A stretch of DNA of 64,000 bases, taken from NCBI GenBank assembly GCA_050949045.1, contig JBMNEZ010000001.1:416001-480000 (forward strand), in the 5' to 3' direction. Origin of the DNA: Candidatus Izemoplasmatales bacterium (lineage in GTDB: Bacteria; Bacillota_I; Bacilli_A; Izemoplasmatales; Hujiaoplasmataceae). Of this stretch, positions 55,288 through 64,000 are shown piece after piece (the first letter of the stretch is position 1; the number at the start of each line of letters is the position of its first letter). The notes under the pieces are model-generated. The model was not told where the DNA came from and searched no databases. It saw only the letters and a program-made list of their open reading frames with translations. A program made the position numbers and the translations under genes.

Positions 55288-55330
55288 AGAGCGACTGATT
55301 TATGATATTATATGCTGAGGTGAACTGAAC

Positions 55331-56059
55331 ATGCAGAGATATTTCGTCGAGCCAGCCAATATCATTGACAATGAGGTCACGATTCAGGGACCGGATGTCC
55401 ATCACATCAGGAATGTGATGCGTTTTTCGATCGGTGATTCCCTCGGCATTTGTCCAAACGACGGTACGCTTCGCCTTGCACGGATAACCGCCATTGAAAA
55501 AAGCAAAGTCACGGCGGCGATCTTCAAGACAATCATCGAGAATCAACCTGAACATAAGATCACAATCGCTCAAGCTCTGATCAGAAAAGACCGGTTCGAA
55601 TGGTTTTTGGAGAAAGCGACCGAACTCGGAGTAACCAAAATCATCCCCACCAGGTTCGCACGTTCGATCGTTCAAATTGATGAAAACAAAAGTACGGCAA
55701 AGCTGGAAAGGTACCGGATGATCGTCAAAGAGGCTAGCGAGCAGTCCGAGCGGAATGTGATGCCTTTGATCACCGCGTTCACCGATCTTCCCGATATCGA
55801 TTATTCCAGATACGATATGATATTCTATGCTTCAGAAAGAGATCAGAAAGCATCGCTGATTCGAGATGTGCTCGCTAAACATCTCAAAAGCGGAAAATAC
55901 CTCTTCTTGGTCGGGCCCGAAGGCGGCATCACCGACGATGAAGTCAGCTTGCTTGAGGCAAAAGGGGCGATCCCGATTTCCCTAGGCAGCCGGATCCTTC
56001 GTTCTGAAACCGCAGGCATCATGGTGATGTCGGCGATTCTGAGTCAGTGGGGTGAGTAG
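55331..56059 (+). CDS. rsmE: 16S rRNA m3U1498 methyltransferase
   Basis: 'HHIRNVMR','EKATELGV','EASEQSER','VGPEGG','LGSRILRSETA'. Confidence 0.94.
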   Translation: MQRYFVEPANIIDNEVTIQGPDVHHIRNVMRFSIGDSLGICPNDGTLRLARITAIEKSKVTAAIFKTIIENQPEHKITIAQALIRKDRFEWFLEKATELGVTKIIPTRFARSIVQIDENKSTAKLERYRMIVKEASEQSERNVMPLITAFTDLPDIDYSRYDMIFYASERDQKASLIRDVLAKHLKSGKYLFLVGPEGGITDDEVSLLEAKGAIPISLGSRILRSETAGIMVMSAILSQWGE

Positions 56060-56060
56060 G

Positions 56061-57344
56061 ATGAAAGTCCGGCTTGTCACCCTTGGCTGCAAGGTGAATA
56101 CCTATGAGAGCGAAGCCGTCGCTGAACTGCTTGAGGCTAGAGACTATGAGATAATCGAGAAGGGCAAGGCCGATGTCTATATCGTCAACTCCTGCATGGT
56201 GACCGCCACCGCCGAGCAGAAATCACGCCAACAGATCCGCCGTTTGTTTCGGGAAAACCAAGAGGGTGTGATCGTCGTGATGGGCTGTCTTTCCGCTCTC
56301 AAACCGGAAGAAATCGCCGCGATTGACGGCGTCGTGATCACGATCGGCACCAAGGATCGGGACAAGATCCCCGATCTTTTGGACGTATACTTTAAAAATA
56401 AAGAGCGGTTCAGACCGCAAAGAGCCGACTTGGTTTCCTCTCAATATGACAATCTGAGCCTGACATCATTTCGAAGTCACCAGCGCGCTTTTCTCAAAAT
56501 CGAGGATGGCTGCGACAACTTTTGTACCTATTGCATCATTCCCTATGCCCGTGGCCCGGTTCGTTCAAAACCAAAGGAATTGGTTATTGAAGAAGCGCGC
56601 AGACTAGCCAAATCCCATCCTGAGATCGTACTGACCGGGATTCATACGGGAGGATATGGAAAGGACTTGGCAAACTATACTTTTCCTGATCTCCTTTCGG
56701 ATTTGGAAAAGATACCAGATCTCAATCGAATCCGGCTTTCATCAATCGAGATCAATGAAATAAGTGATGAACTGATCAGAGTAATCAAGGAATCGAAGAA
56801 AATCGTCAGACATCTTCATATTCCCCTGCAAAGCGGCTCAAACAGAATCTTGAAGTTGATGAACAGGCATTATGACCGGGAAGTCTATCTAAAGAAGATC
56901 GACGAACTGAGAGCAGCTATCCAAGGGCTCGCCCTGACCAGCGATGTTATCGCCGGTTTTCCAGGCGAGACGGAAATGGATTTTAACGACACCCTGGATT
57001 TGATCGAGACCGTTCGATTCAACGAATTGCATGTCTTTCCCTATTCGAAGAGAACGGGGACCGTAGCCGCCAACTATCAAGGAGAGGTGCCCTCGGAGAT
57101 CATCAAAATACGTGCCAGAAGACTGATTGAGGCGGGCGAACGTCTAGCCAAGGCGAAGATTAGGGAGAAAGAGGGTCAAATCCTGAAGGTGATCGCCGAA
57201 AGAAAGCTCGACGGCTACCTCCAGGGGCATAGCGAAGAATACATTCACATCCGCTTTGCGGGTCCGGAAACCCTGATCGCGACCGAAGTCCAAGTAAGAC
57301 TGATTCGGGAGGAGTACCCCCTCAGTCTCGGCGAACTCGTATAA
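56061..57344 (+). CDS. mtaB: tRNA t6A37 methylthiotransferase
   Basis: 'TLGCKVNTYESE','NSC','GCDNFCTYCIIP.ARG','LTGIH','HVFPYSKRTGT'; follows rsmE. Confidence 0.92.
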   Translation: MKVRLVTLGCKVNTYESEAVAELLEARDYEIIEKGKADVYIVNSCMVTATAEQKSRQQIRRLFRENQEGVIVVMGCLSALKPEEIAAIDGVVITIGTKDRDKIPDLLDVYFKNKERFRPQRADLVSSQYDNLSLTSFRSHQRAFLKIEDGCDNFCTYCIIPYARGPVRSKPKELVIEEARRLAKSHPEIVLTGIHTGGYGKDLANYTFPDLLSDLEKIPDLNRIRLSSIEINEISDELIRVIKESKKIVRHLHIPLQSGSNRILKLMNRHYDREVYLKKIDELRAAIQGLALTSDVIAGFPGETEMDFNDTLDLIETVRFNELHVFPYSKRTGTVAANYQGEVPSEIIKIRARRLIEAGERLAKAKIREKEGQILKVIAERKLDGYLQGHSEEYIHIRFAGPETLIATEVQVRLIREEYPLSLGELV

Positions 57345-57356
57345 AAAAAAGCCAAA

Positions 57357-58049
57357 TCAGCGTTTGGCTTTTTGCAATCTTTTTTGTTTGATGGCATCGA
57401 TCTTGGCCTGGGCCTTGATCTCCTTCTTGGAGGGTTTCTTCGCTTTCTGCTTGCGCATATGGCTTCTGGCGTTCTTGACAACATCATAGGAAATCGTCAG
57501 ATCGTTGTCGTGGTTGGTCATCCTGAGCGGAGCGCCTTCATGAATATGGATCGGCAGTTCGAAGAGGTAGCCGATGACGGTCGTCAGCATTTGATTCTTG
57601 TTTATGCCCTTGATCAAACCTTTGAGTTTCCGGGATTTTTCCCATCTGTAGACAACCTTGTCCATCTCGTTCAGAAACAATAAGACGAGCTGGCTTTTCT
57701 TTTTATCAGGCGAGATGAAACTTTTTAAAAACACCAGTTCGGGAAGGTTTTTGACATAGTATTCGAGATACTTCTTGACCTTGCGCTTGCCTTTTGCCTT
57801 TAGTTGTTTGTAGGTGTTGGTATTGTCACGTGAGAAGACGTTGACAATCTCTTCGTTCAAGCTGTTGCCGTTATACTTTTTTTGGATCGTCTTGTCGAGA
57901 CGCTTGTAAAATCTTTTGTACCGGGCCGCGTACTTAGCCTTGTTAATGAAGACCGAAAGGACGATCAAAAGGACGATCACCGCGACGGCGATGGCTACGA
58001 CAAGTTTCCAGTTCTCCAGAAGATCGAATGCTAAAAACATCTTGTTCAC
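57357..58049 (-). CDS. Hypothetical basic protein with a single N-terminal TM helix
   Basis: 230-aa ORF, hydrophobic stretch 'LVVAIAVAVIVLLIVLSVFI', Lys-rich body. Confidence 0.7.
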   Translation of the reverse strand: MNKMFLAFDLLENWKLVVAIAVAVIVLLIVLSVFINKAKYAARYKRFYKRLDKTIQKKYNGNSLNEEIVNVFSRDNTNTYKQLKAKGKRKVKKYLEYYVKNLPELVFLKSFISPDKKKSQLVLLFLNEMDKVVYRWEKSRKLKGLIKGINKNQMLTTVIGYLFELPIHIHEGAPLRMTNHDNDLTISYDVVKNARSHMRKQKAKKPSKKEIKAQAKIDAIKQKRLQKAKR

Positions 58050-58178
58050 CTTCGTTTCGTGTTAAATAAATGATATCATATTAACACGGCAATGGGAATC
58101 GGTTTACCAAAAAAATCGTTTACAATTCGCTGTAAATCTAGTATAATGATTAATGCAAGCGGAAACGGGGTGAAAGCA

Positions 58179-58355
58179 ATGGCTAAAACGGTCGTTAAAG
58201 AGAACGAAAGCATCGAAGACGCACTTCGACGCTTTAAACGCGATGTCTCTCGTGCCGGAACGTTGGCTGAAGCCCGTAAAAGGGAATACTATCTCAAACC
58301 AAGCGTTTCCAAGAAACTCAAACAGCGGCAGAATCAGGGCCGCAGAGGACGGTAG
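58179..58355 (+). CDS. rpsU: 30S ribosomal protein S21
   Basis: '[32 protein letters not shown]'; followed by hairpin and T-run at 58364-58392. Confidence 0.96.
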   Translation: MAKTVVKENESIEDALRRFKRDVSRAGTLAEARKREYYLKPSVSKKLKQRQNQGRRGR

Positions 58356-58468
58356 CCTCGAATGCACTTCACATTGTGAAGTGTTTTTTTTCCTAGAATT
58401 CCCCAGTATATTGATATATATGATATAATAATTATTTAATCAGGGTTAATAGGGAGTGATGTCTTGAA

Positions 58469-59437
58469 GTGGCGGATTTGACCATAATCGATCTCGAAGT
58501 CGGCAGTCTCGCGGAAATGGTGACGCTGTTTGGGGTCAACGATAAATATCTGAAACTTCTCTCCGAACTTTGCGGCGCCGAGATCTACTCCAATCACATG
58601 GATCTTATGATCGCTACGAAGAACGAGGAGATCATCGATCATGTCAAGAAAATTTTGAGGATTTTATTACAACTTGTGAAACGAAACACTGTCTTCAACG
58701 AACGCGACGTCATCTATATCCACAATCTATTGGCCGAGGCTTCACCGGAAGAGATCATGGATTTATTTATCGGGCGCAAGGAGATCATCAAGACCTTCAG
58801 CGGCAAACCGATCTATGCCAAGACCCTCAACCAGAAACGCTATCTTGAGGCGATCGAAAAGAAAACAGTGACTCTGGGAATCGGCCCTGCCGGCACCGGG
58901 AAGACCTATCTGGCGGTGTTGATCGGACTGAGAAAACTCAAAGATAACCAGATCCGCAAACTGGTTTTGACCAGACCGGCGGTCGAAGCCGGTGAAAATT
59001 TGGGTTTTTTGCCCGGAGACCTCAAGGAAAAGGTCGATCCGTACTTACGGCCCTTATATGATGCCATGTATGAAATCCTCGGCGTCAAACTCACCGAGGA
59101 ATATATCGAAAAGGGCATCATCGAGATTGCCCCTCTCGCCTATATGCGCGGGCGGACCCTCGAGAATGCCTTCGTCATCCTCGACGAGGCTCAGAACACG
59201 ACGATCAACCAGATGAAGCTTTTTCTCACTAGGCTCGGCTTTGGCTCGAAGATGGTCGTCACCGGCGACATCACCCAAAGCGACTTGCCCCCAAAAGTGC
59301 CTTCGGGATTGGTGACCGCCGCCGCTATTTTGCAAGATGTCGACGATATTGAGATCCTGCACTTCAGCAAGATCGATGTCGTCAGGCATCCCTTGGTCCA
59401 AACGATTATCCAGAGGTTTGAAGATGCCAAGCATTAA
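58469..59437 (+). CDS. phoH: PhoH-family ATPase
   Basis: 'GPAGTGKTYLA','LTRPAVEAGE.LGFLPG','YMRGRTL','DEAQN'. Confidence 0.93.
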   Translation: MADLTIIDLEVGSLAEMVTLFGVNDKYLKLLSELCGAEIYSNHMDLMIATKNEEIIDHVKKILRILLQLVKRNTVFNERDVIYIHNLLAEASPEEIMDLFIGRKEIIKTFSGKPIYAKTLNQKRYLEAIEKKTVTLGIGPAGTGKTYLAVLIGLRKLKDNQIRKLVLTRPAVEAGENLGFLPGDLKEKVDPYLRPLYDAMYEILGVKLTEEYIEKGIIEIAPLAYMRGRTLENAFVILDEAQNTTINQMKLFLTRLGFGSKMVVTGDITQSDLPPKVPSGLVTAAAILQDVDDIEILHFSKIDVVRHPLVQTIIQRFEDAKH

Positions 59438-59855
59438 TATCCATGACCATTATGGCAGTAATAAACAGAATCGCTTGATTATTAGAGAAATCGTGAATGC
59501 CGCCTATAAGTATCTCAAACTCAAAACAAAAATCGTTCTCAGCGTCATTTTGGTCAGTGATGATGAAATCAGAGAATTGAACCGTACTTATCGGATGGTC
59601 GATAGCGCGACCGACGTTCTCAGTTTCCCGACGGATGGTCCCGACAACGAGATCGGCGACATCTTCATCTCGCTTGACAAGGTCAGAATGCAAGCCTTGG
59701 AATACAACCACTCCGAAGAGCGGGAACTCGCATTTCTGACGCTCCACGGGTTTCTCCACTGCCTTGGCTACGACCATGGTAACATCGAAGACGAAGAGAG
59801 GATGTTCTCGCTGCAAAAAGAAATCATCGAATCGACAAGATTCAAGAAAGAATGA
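59424..59855 (+). CDS. ybeY: rRNA maturation endoribonuclease YbeY
   Basis: 'LNRTYR..D.ATDVLSF','HGFLHCLGYDH'. Confidence 0.94.
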   Translation: MPSINIHDHYGSNKQNRLIIREIVNAAYKYLKLKTKIVLSVILVSDDEIRELNRTYRMVDSATDVLSFPTDGPDNEIGDIFISLDKVRMQALEYNHSEERELAFLTLHGFLHCLGYDHGNIEDEERMFSLQKEIIESTRFKKE

Positions 59856-60250
59856 TTATGGAAAAACTGATTAAGCAGGTCATGGACCTGCGGAAAAACT
59901 CTTATTCGCCATACTCCAAATTCCCGGTGGCAGCCGTGCTGGAATTGAAAGATGGCCGCACCTATAACGGCGTCAATATCGAAAACGCCGCTTTCGGGCT
60001 TTCCAATTGTGCCGAACGGAGTGCGCTTTTTTCAGCCTACTCCGACGGTGTCAAGAAGGAAGACATTAAACAAATCTTCGTTCACACCGACCGTGATTAT
60101 TTTGTCTCGCCCTGCGGTTCTTGTCGCCAGGTGATGCGCGAATTGATGGAGCCGGATGCGAAGATTATCCTTGTCAACGGCAAAGGCGAAACTAAGATCA
60201 TCAAGAACGCCGAACTCCTGCCCTTCGGGTTCTCAAAAGAGCAACTTTGA
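59852..60250 (+). CDS. cdd: Cytidine deaminase
   Basis: 'YSPYSKFPV','NIENA..CAER','SPCGSCRQ'. Confidence 0.94.
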   Translation: MIMEKLIKQVMDLRKNSYSPYSKFPVAAVLELKDGRTYNGVNIENAAFGLSNCAERSALFSAYSDGVKKEDIKQIFVHTDRDYFVSPCGSCRQVMRELMEPDAKIILVNGKGETKIIKNAELLPFGFSKEQL

Positions 60251-61143
60251 TGTTCCGCTCGGGTTTCATCGCGATCATCGGCGAACCGAACGTCGGCAAG
60301 TCGACGTTCTTGAATCAGGTTCTCGGCCAGAAACTGGCCATCGTCACCGACAAGCCCCAGACGACGAGAAATGTCTTCTCGGGCATTTATAACGCCGATG
60401 ATTGCCAGTTTGTTTTCATCGACACACCGGGCATCCACCACGGCAAGACCAAACTCGGTCGCTATATGAGCGAAGCGGCAATCAACACAATCAAGATGGT
60501 CGATCTCGTTTTGTTTTTTGTCAATGCCTATGATGATGTGAAAAAGAGCAATCTCGAGATCTTGGAAATATTGAAAACCATCGAGACGCCGATTTTTCTC
60601 ATCATCAACAAGCTCGACACGATCAAAGATATCCCGAGGATGCAAAGGGCGATCGCTCCCTACAAGGAGGCTTGCGATTTCGCCGGCGTCTTTGCGATTT
60701 CTGCCCTCACCGGGCGCCATGTCGATCATTTGCTTGAAGACATCAAACAGATGTTGCCGGAGGGGCCGAAATTCTATCCCGACGGCGCTCTGTCGGATCG
60801 TCCGGAGACCTTCCTGATCCAGGAATTCATCAGGGAGAAAGTGATGATCGTGACTAGAGATGAGGTCCCCCATGCCGTGGCCGTCTATATCGAAAAGATG
60901 GAATACAAGAAACAAGTCGTTGTGATCTATGCGACGATCATCGTCGAGAGGCAATCGCAGAAAGCGATTGTGATCGGCAAGAACGGCGAGCGTTTGAAAG
61001 CGATCGGCTCGATGGCGAGAGGTGATATCGAGAACCTATTGAACAAGAAAGTCTTTCTTGAACTATTCTGCAAGGTTGAGGAAGATTGGCGGAACCGCGA
61101 TCATCAACTCAAGGATCTTGGCTACAAACCGGAGAAAAACTGA
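60250..61143 (+). CDS. era: GTPase Era
   Basis: 'GEPNVGKST','PQTTR','DTPG','NKLD', KH 'VIGKNG'. Confidence 0.96.
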   Translation: MFRSGFIAIIGEPNVGKSTFLNQVLGQKLAIVTDKPQTTRNVFSGIYNADDCQFVFIDTPGIHHGKTKLGRYMSEAAINTIKMVDLVLFFVNAYDDVKKSNLEILEILKTIETPIFLIINKLDTIKDIPRMQRAIAPYKEACDFAGVFAISALTGRHVDHLLEDIKQMLPEGPKFYPDGALSDRPETFLIQEFIREKVMIVTRDEVPHAVAVYIEKMEYKKQVVVIYATIIVERQSQKAIVIGKNGERLKAIGSMARGDIENLLNKKVFLELFCKVEEDWRNRDHQLKDLGYKPEKN

Positions 61144-61144
61144 A

Positions 61145-61870
61145 GTGGAAACGAAGAAGACCGAAGTCATCATCTGCAAGCATCAGGATTACAAGGAATC
61201 AAGCCGCCTGTTGGTCGCTTATTCCCTGAAAGGACGCCTGAGTTTTCTCGCTCAGGGCGCCAATAAACTATCAAGCCCCCTGAGAAGTTCCACAGAAACC
61301 CTGAATCGCGTCCTTGTAAGTCACACCGGCAGAAATCTCCAGATTATCAAAGACATCGAAGTCATCAAGGATTATAGTACACTGAAAACGGATCTCATAC
61401 GTTATACCCATGCCCTGCATCTTCTGGAACTCGTGCTCTTCGTCCTTGAGGGCGATACCGATAACGAGATCCTGTATCCTTTTCTCGTCAAAATCTTGGA
61501 CCGGCTCGAAACCGAGCCCGATTATCAAGTATATGTTTTGATGTTTGAGAGCAAACTGCTCTATTTGATCGGCCTTCAGCCCCGGTTTTCAAGTTGTCTT
61601 GTCTGCGGGGGGAAAGAAGAACTCCTCTTCTCGGTTCCAGAAGGAGGTATGTGCTGTTCGAAGCACCGCTTTTCGGGAAAACTGATTCCCCGGGAACTTG
61701 TCAGATGTTGGGAATACCTCTACCGTTTCGACTTGAACAAAGATGGCAAACCGCATCTCGAAATAGGTCAAATCAGGGATCTCAGAGCTCTCATCGACGA
61801 ATATTATGAGTACCATGTGAACGTCAAAACGAATTCCAGGACACTGATTAGAGATCTGGTCGGTTATTGA
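61145..61870 (+). CDS. recO: DNA repair protein RecO
   Basis: 'DYKESSRL..YS..G', Zn motif CLVCG..CC; follows era. Confidence 0.85.
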   Translation: METKKTEVIICKHQDYKESSRLLVAYSLKGRLSFLAQGANKLSSPLRSSTETLNRVLVSHTGRNLQIIKDIEVIKDYSTLKTDLIRYTHALHLLELVLFVLEGDTDNEILYPFLVKILDRLETEPDYQVYVLMFESKLLYLIGLQPRFSSCLVCGGKEELLFSVPEGGMCCSKHRFSGKLIPRELVRCWEYLYRFDLNKDGKPHLEIGQIRDLRALIDEYYEYHVNVKTNSRTLIRDLVGY

Positions 61871-61989
61871 GTTTTGGCGGAAGCAACACAGCCTGGGACC
61901 GGCTTCTTTATTCTGTTTCACCTTGACTTTATCATGATTAATCATATAATTATAATGAGGTATTTTGGGCTTTCGAAGGGATGATCTAG

Positions 61990-63369
61990 ATGAAATTCAC
62001 GATGGAACAACTCGTCAATTATGCCAAGCAATACGGCTTTGTCTACCAAGGGTCGGAAATCTATGGCGGGCTTGCCAATTCCTGGGACTACGGTCCCGTC
62101 GGCGTCGCCCTCCGCAACAACCTCAAAGACGCTTGGTGGAAAGCCTTTGTCAGCCAAAACAAATACAATGTCGGGATCGATTCCGGTATCATCATCCATC
62201 CCGAGGCTTGGGTCGCATCCGGTCACGTGAGCGGCTTTCAGGATCCGATGCTCGACTGCAAGCTCTGTAAGTCCCGGCACCGCGCCGATAAACTGATCGA
62301 GACCGGCACTAAAGGCAAGGTCGACGCCGATGGCTGGAACATCGAGAAGATGCAAAACTACATCATCGAAAACAAATTGAAATGCCCCGTATGCGGGGGT
62401 TTGGACTATACCGACATTCGTTATTTCAACCTAATGTTCAAGACTCACATGGGCGTCGTCGAAGATTCGAAGAATGAAGTCTACCTAAGGCCGGAGACGG
62501 CTCAGGGAATCTTTCTCGATTTCAAGAACGTCCAGAGAACGTCAAGGAAGAAGATCCCCTTCGGGATCGGGCAGATCGGCAAGGCGTTCCGAAACGAGAT
62601 CACGCCTGGAAACTTCATTTTCCGTGTCCGTGAATTTGAGCAGATGGAACTCGAGTTCTTCTGTAAGCCCGGCACTGAACTCGGCTGGTTTGACTACTGG
62701 CGCGAGTTTTCACTCGACTTCCTTTATTCACTCGGCATCAAGAAAGAAAACCTCAAACTCTATGACCATCCGAAAGAGAAACTCGCCTTCTATTCGAACA
62801 GCACCACCGACATCCTTTTCCGCTTTCCCTGGGGTTTTGATGAACTTTGGGGTATCGCTTCGAGAACCGATTACGACCTTAAATGCCATCAGGAAAGAAG
62901 CGGCGAGAATCTCGAATACTTTGATCCCGATACCGAAGAGAAGTACATTCCCTATGTCGTTGAACCCAGTCTCGGCGTCGAAAGGCTCTTCCTGGCCGTC
63001 CTCACCGATTGCCTGACAGAAGAACTGGTCGAAGCGACTGATGAGATGCGGACGCTTTTAAAGATCGATAAGCATTTGGCTCCCTTTACCGTAGCGGTAC
63101 TGCCTCTTGTCAAGAAATACCACCAGAAAAAGACCGAAAGCGTCTTTGAGGAGTTGCTCAAACATTTCCGGGCGACTTATGACGATACCGGCAATATCGG
63201 GAAAAGATACCGGAGACAGGATGCGATCGGCACTCCCTACTGTGTGACGATCGACAGCCAGACGCTCGAGGATGATACTGTCACCGTCCGTTTCCGCGAC
63301 TCCATGGAACAAGACCGCGTCAGACTCGACGAACTGGTTGGTTTCATTGAAAGCGAACTCAATTCCTAA
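61990..63369 (+). CDS. glyQS: Glycine--tRNA ligase (homodimeric alpha2 type)
   Basis: 'EIYGG..WDYGP','LRPETAQGIF','FRNEITP','REFEQME','IGKRYRRQD'. Confidence 0.95.
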   Translation: MKFTMEQLVNYAKQYGFVYQGSEIYGGLANSWDYGPVGVALRNNLKDAWWKAFVSQNKYNVGIDSGIIIHPEAWVASGHVSGFQDPMLDCKLCKSRHRADKLIETGTKGKVDADGWNIEKMQNYIIENKLKCPVCGGLDYTDIRYFNLMFKTHMGVVEDSKNEVYLRPETAQGIFLDFKNVQRTSRKKIPFGIGQIGKAFRNEITPGNFIFRVREFEQMELEFFCKPGTELGWFDYWREFSLDFLYSLGIKKENLKLYDHPKEKLAFYSNSTTDILFRFPWGFDELWGIASRTDYDLKCHQERSGENLEYFDPDTEEKYIPYVVEPSLGVERLFLAVLTDCLTEELVEATDEMRTLLKIDKHLAPFTVAVLPLVKKYHQKKTESVFEELLKHFRATYDDTGNIGKRYRRQDAIGTPYCVTIDSQTLEDDTVTVRFRDSMEQDRVRLDELVGFIESELNS

Positions 63370-63393
63370 ACTAGAAAAGAAGAGGGTGAAATT

Positions 63394-64000
63394 ATGGGTA
63401 TGATCAGCCAGAAGACGATCGACGAGATCAAAAACGCGGCTGATATCCTCGACGTTGTCGGCGAGTTCGTCGCCATACAACCGGCAGGGAAGAACCACAA
63501 GGGGCTTTGTCCCTTCCATAATGAGAAAACACCGTCTTTTTTCGTTTCAAAGGAGCGCAACTGGTTCCATTGTTTCGGCTGCGGTGAAAAAGGCGACTCG
63601 ATCACCTTCATCATGAAGTATAAGAACATGTCCTATGTCGAAAGCCTCAAATACCTCGCCGAGAAATACAACATCAGGATCGAATCCGACGACAGCGATG
63701 TGTCGAAGCCGAACGCCGACAGGTATTATCGGATCAATGAGGAAGCAACCCAATTTTTCGGGCTTCATCTCACGAATCTCGAAAAGGGCAAGCCGGCACT
63801 AGACTATCTGAAAAAACGCGGTCTCGATATCCATACGATCCAGTATTTTGAAATCGGCTACGCCCCCAAGGAAGCGGATCAACTATATACCTATCTCAAG
63901 ACCAAGTACGAAGAGATCGATATGCTCACGATCGGTCTGATCAAGAAATCCAAGCAAGGTTATTACGACCTCTTCCGCGACCGCATCATCTTTCCAATCA
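63394..64000 (+). CDS. dnaG: DNA primase (3' truncated by window)
   Basis: Hand translation MGMISQKTIDEIK..GLCPFHNEKTPSF..FHCFGCG (CHC2 zinc finger); runs off the window. Confidence 0.93.
   Translation, partial: MGMISQKTIDEIKNAADILDVVGEFVAIQPAGKNHKGLCPFHNEKTPSFFVSKERNWFHCFGCGEKGDSITFIMKYKNMSYVESLKYLAEKYNIRIESDDSDVSKPNADRYYRINEEATQFFGLHLTNLEKGKPALDYLKKRGLDIHTIQYFEIGYAPKEADQLYTYLKTKYEEIDMLTIGLIKKSKQGYYDLFRDRIIFPI

Noticed and set aside
53963..60954. Long antisense ORFs (e.g. 53963-54784, 54812-55675, 60097-60954)
   Set aside because: They overlap well-supported + strand genes and have no recognisable motifs; typical antisense shadows of biased codon usage
61871..61989. T-box upstream of glyQS
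   Set aside because: Only ~120 bp, with no T-box consensus or terminator/antiterminator seen

Overview
Bacterial chromosomal window in genetic code 11 (TGA is a stop codon). Thr-linker lipoproteins, an LTD/endonuclease-I nuclease, homodimeric GlyRS and a Firmicute-like gene order suggest a wall-less Bacilli/Mollicutes lineage such as Izemoplasmatales (inference). 1-16.3 kb: mannoside/phosphoglycan utilisation locus (ABC permeases, DUF1861, GH125, GH130-like, purple-acid-phosphatase giant lipoprotein). 16.3-30.7 kb is the most notable part. A RiPP-type maturation cassette (radical SAM/SPASM, HPr-kinase-like kinase, stand-alone PqqD/RRE, S26-like peptidase, nucleotidyltransferase) is flanked by two 43-44 aa precursor genes absent from the ORF track. 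They have YxxP leaders and an identical 21-aa segment. Each sits directly in front of a large secreted protein, and these two plus a third share an uncharacterised N-terminal region. 31-64 kb is mostly housekeeping: gdhA-DUF1015-serC-serA, DAK2/DegV, manA, rpmG, the CIRCE-hrcA-grpE-dnaK-dnaJ operon, and rsmE through dnaG. Between dnaJ and rsmE lies a block with DUF1538/PII genes, an acyltransferase, and a PadR-JetABC (Wadjet/MksBEF-like) operon that lacks JetD and is preceded by a 15-bp tandem array. All family calls come from motif recognition, not database searches.
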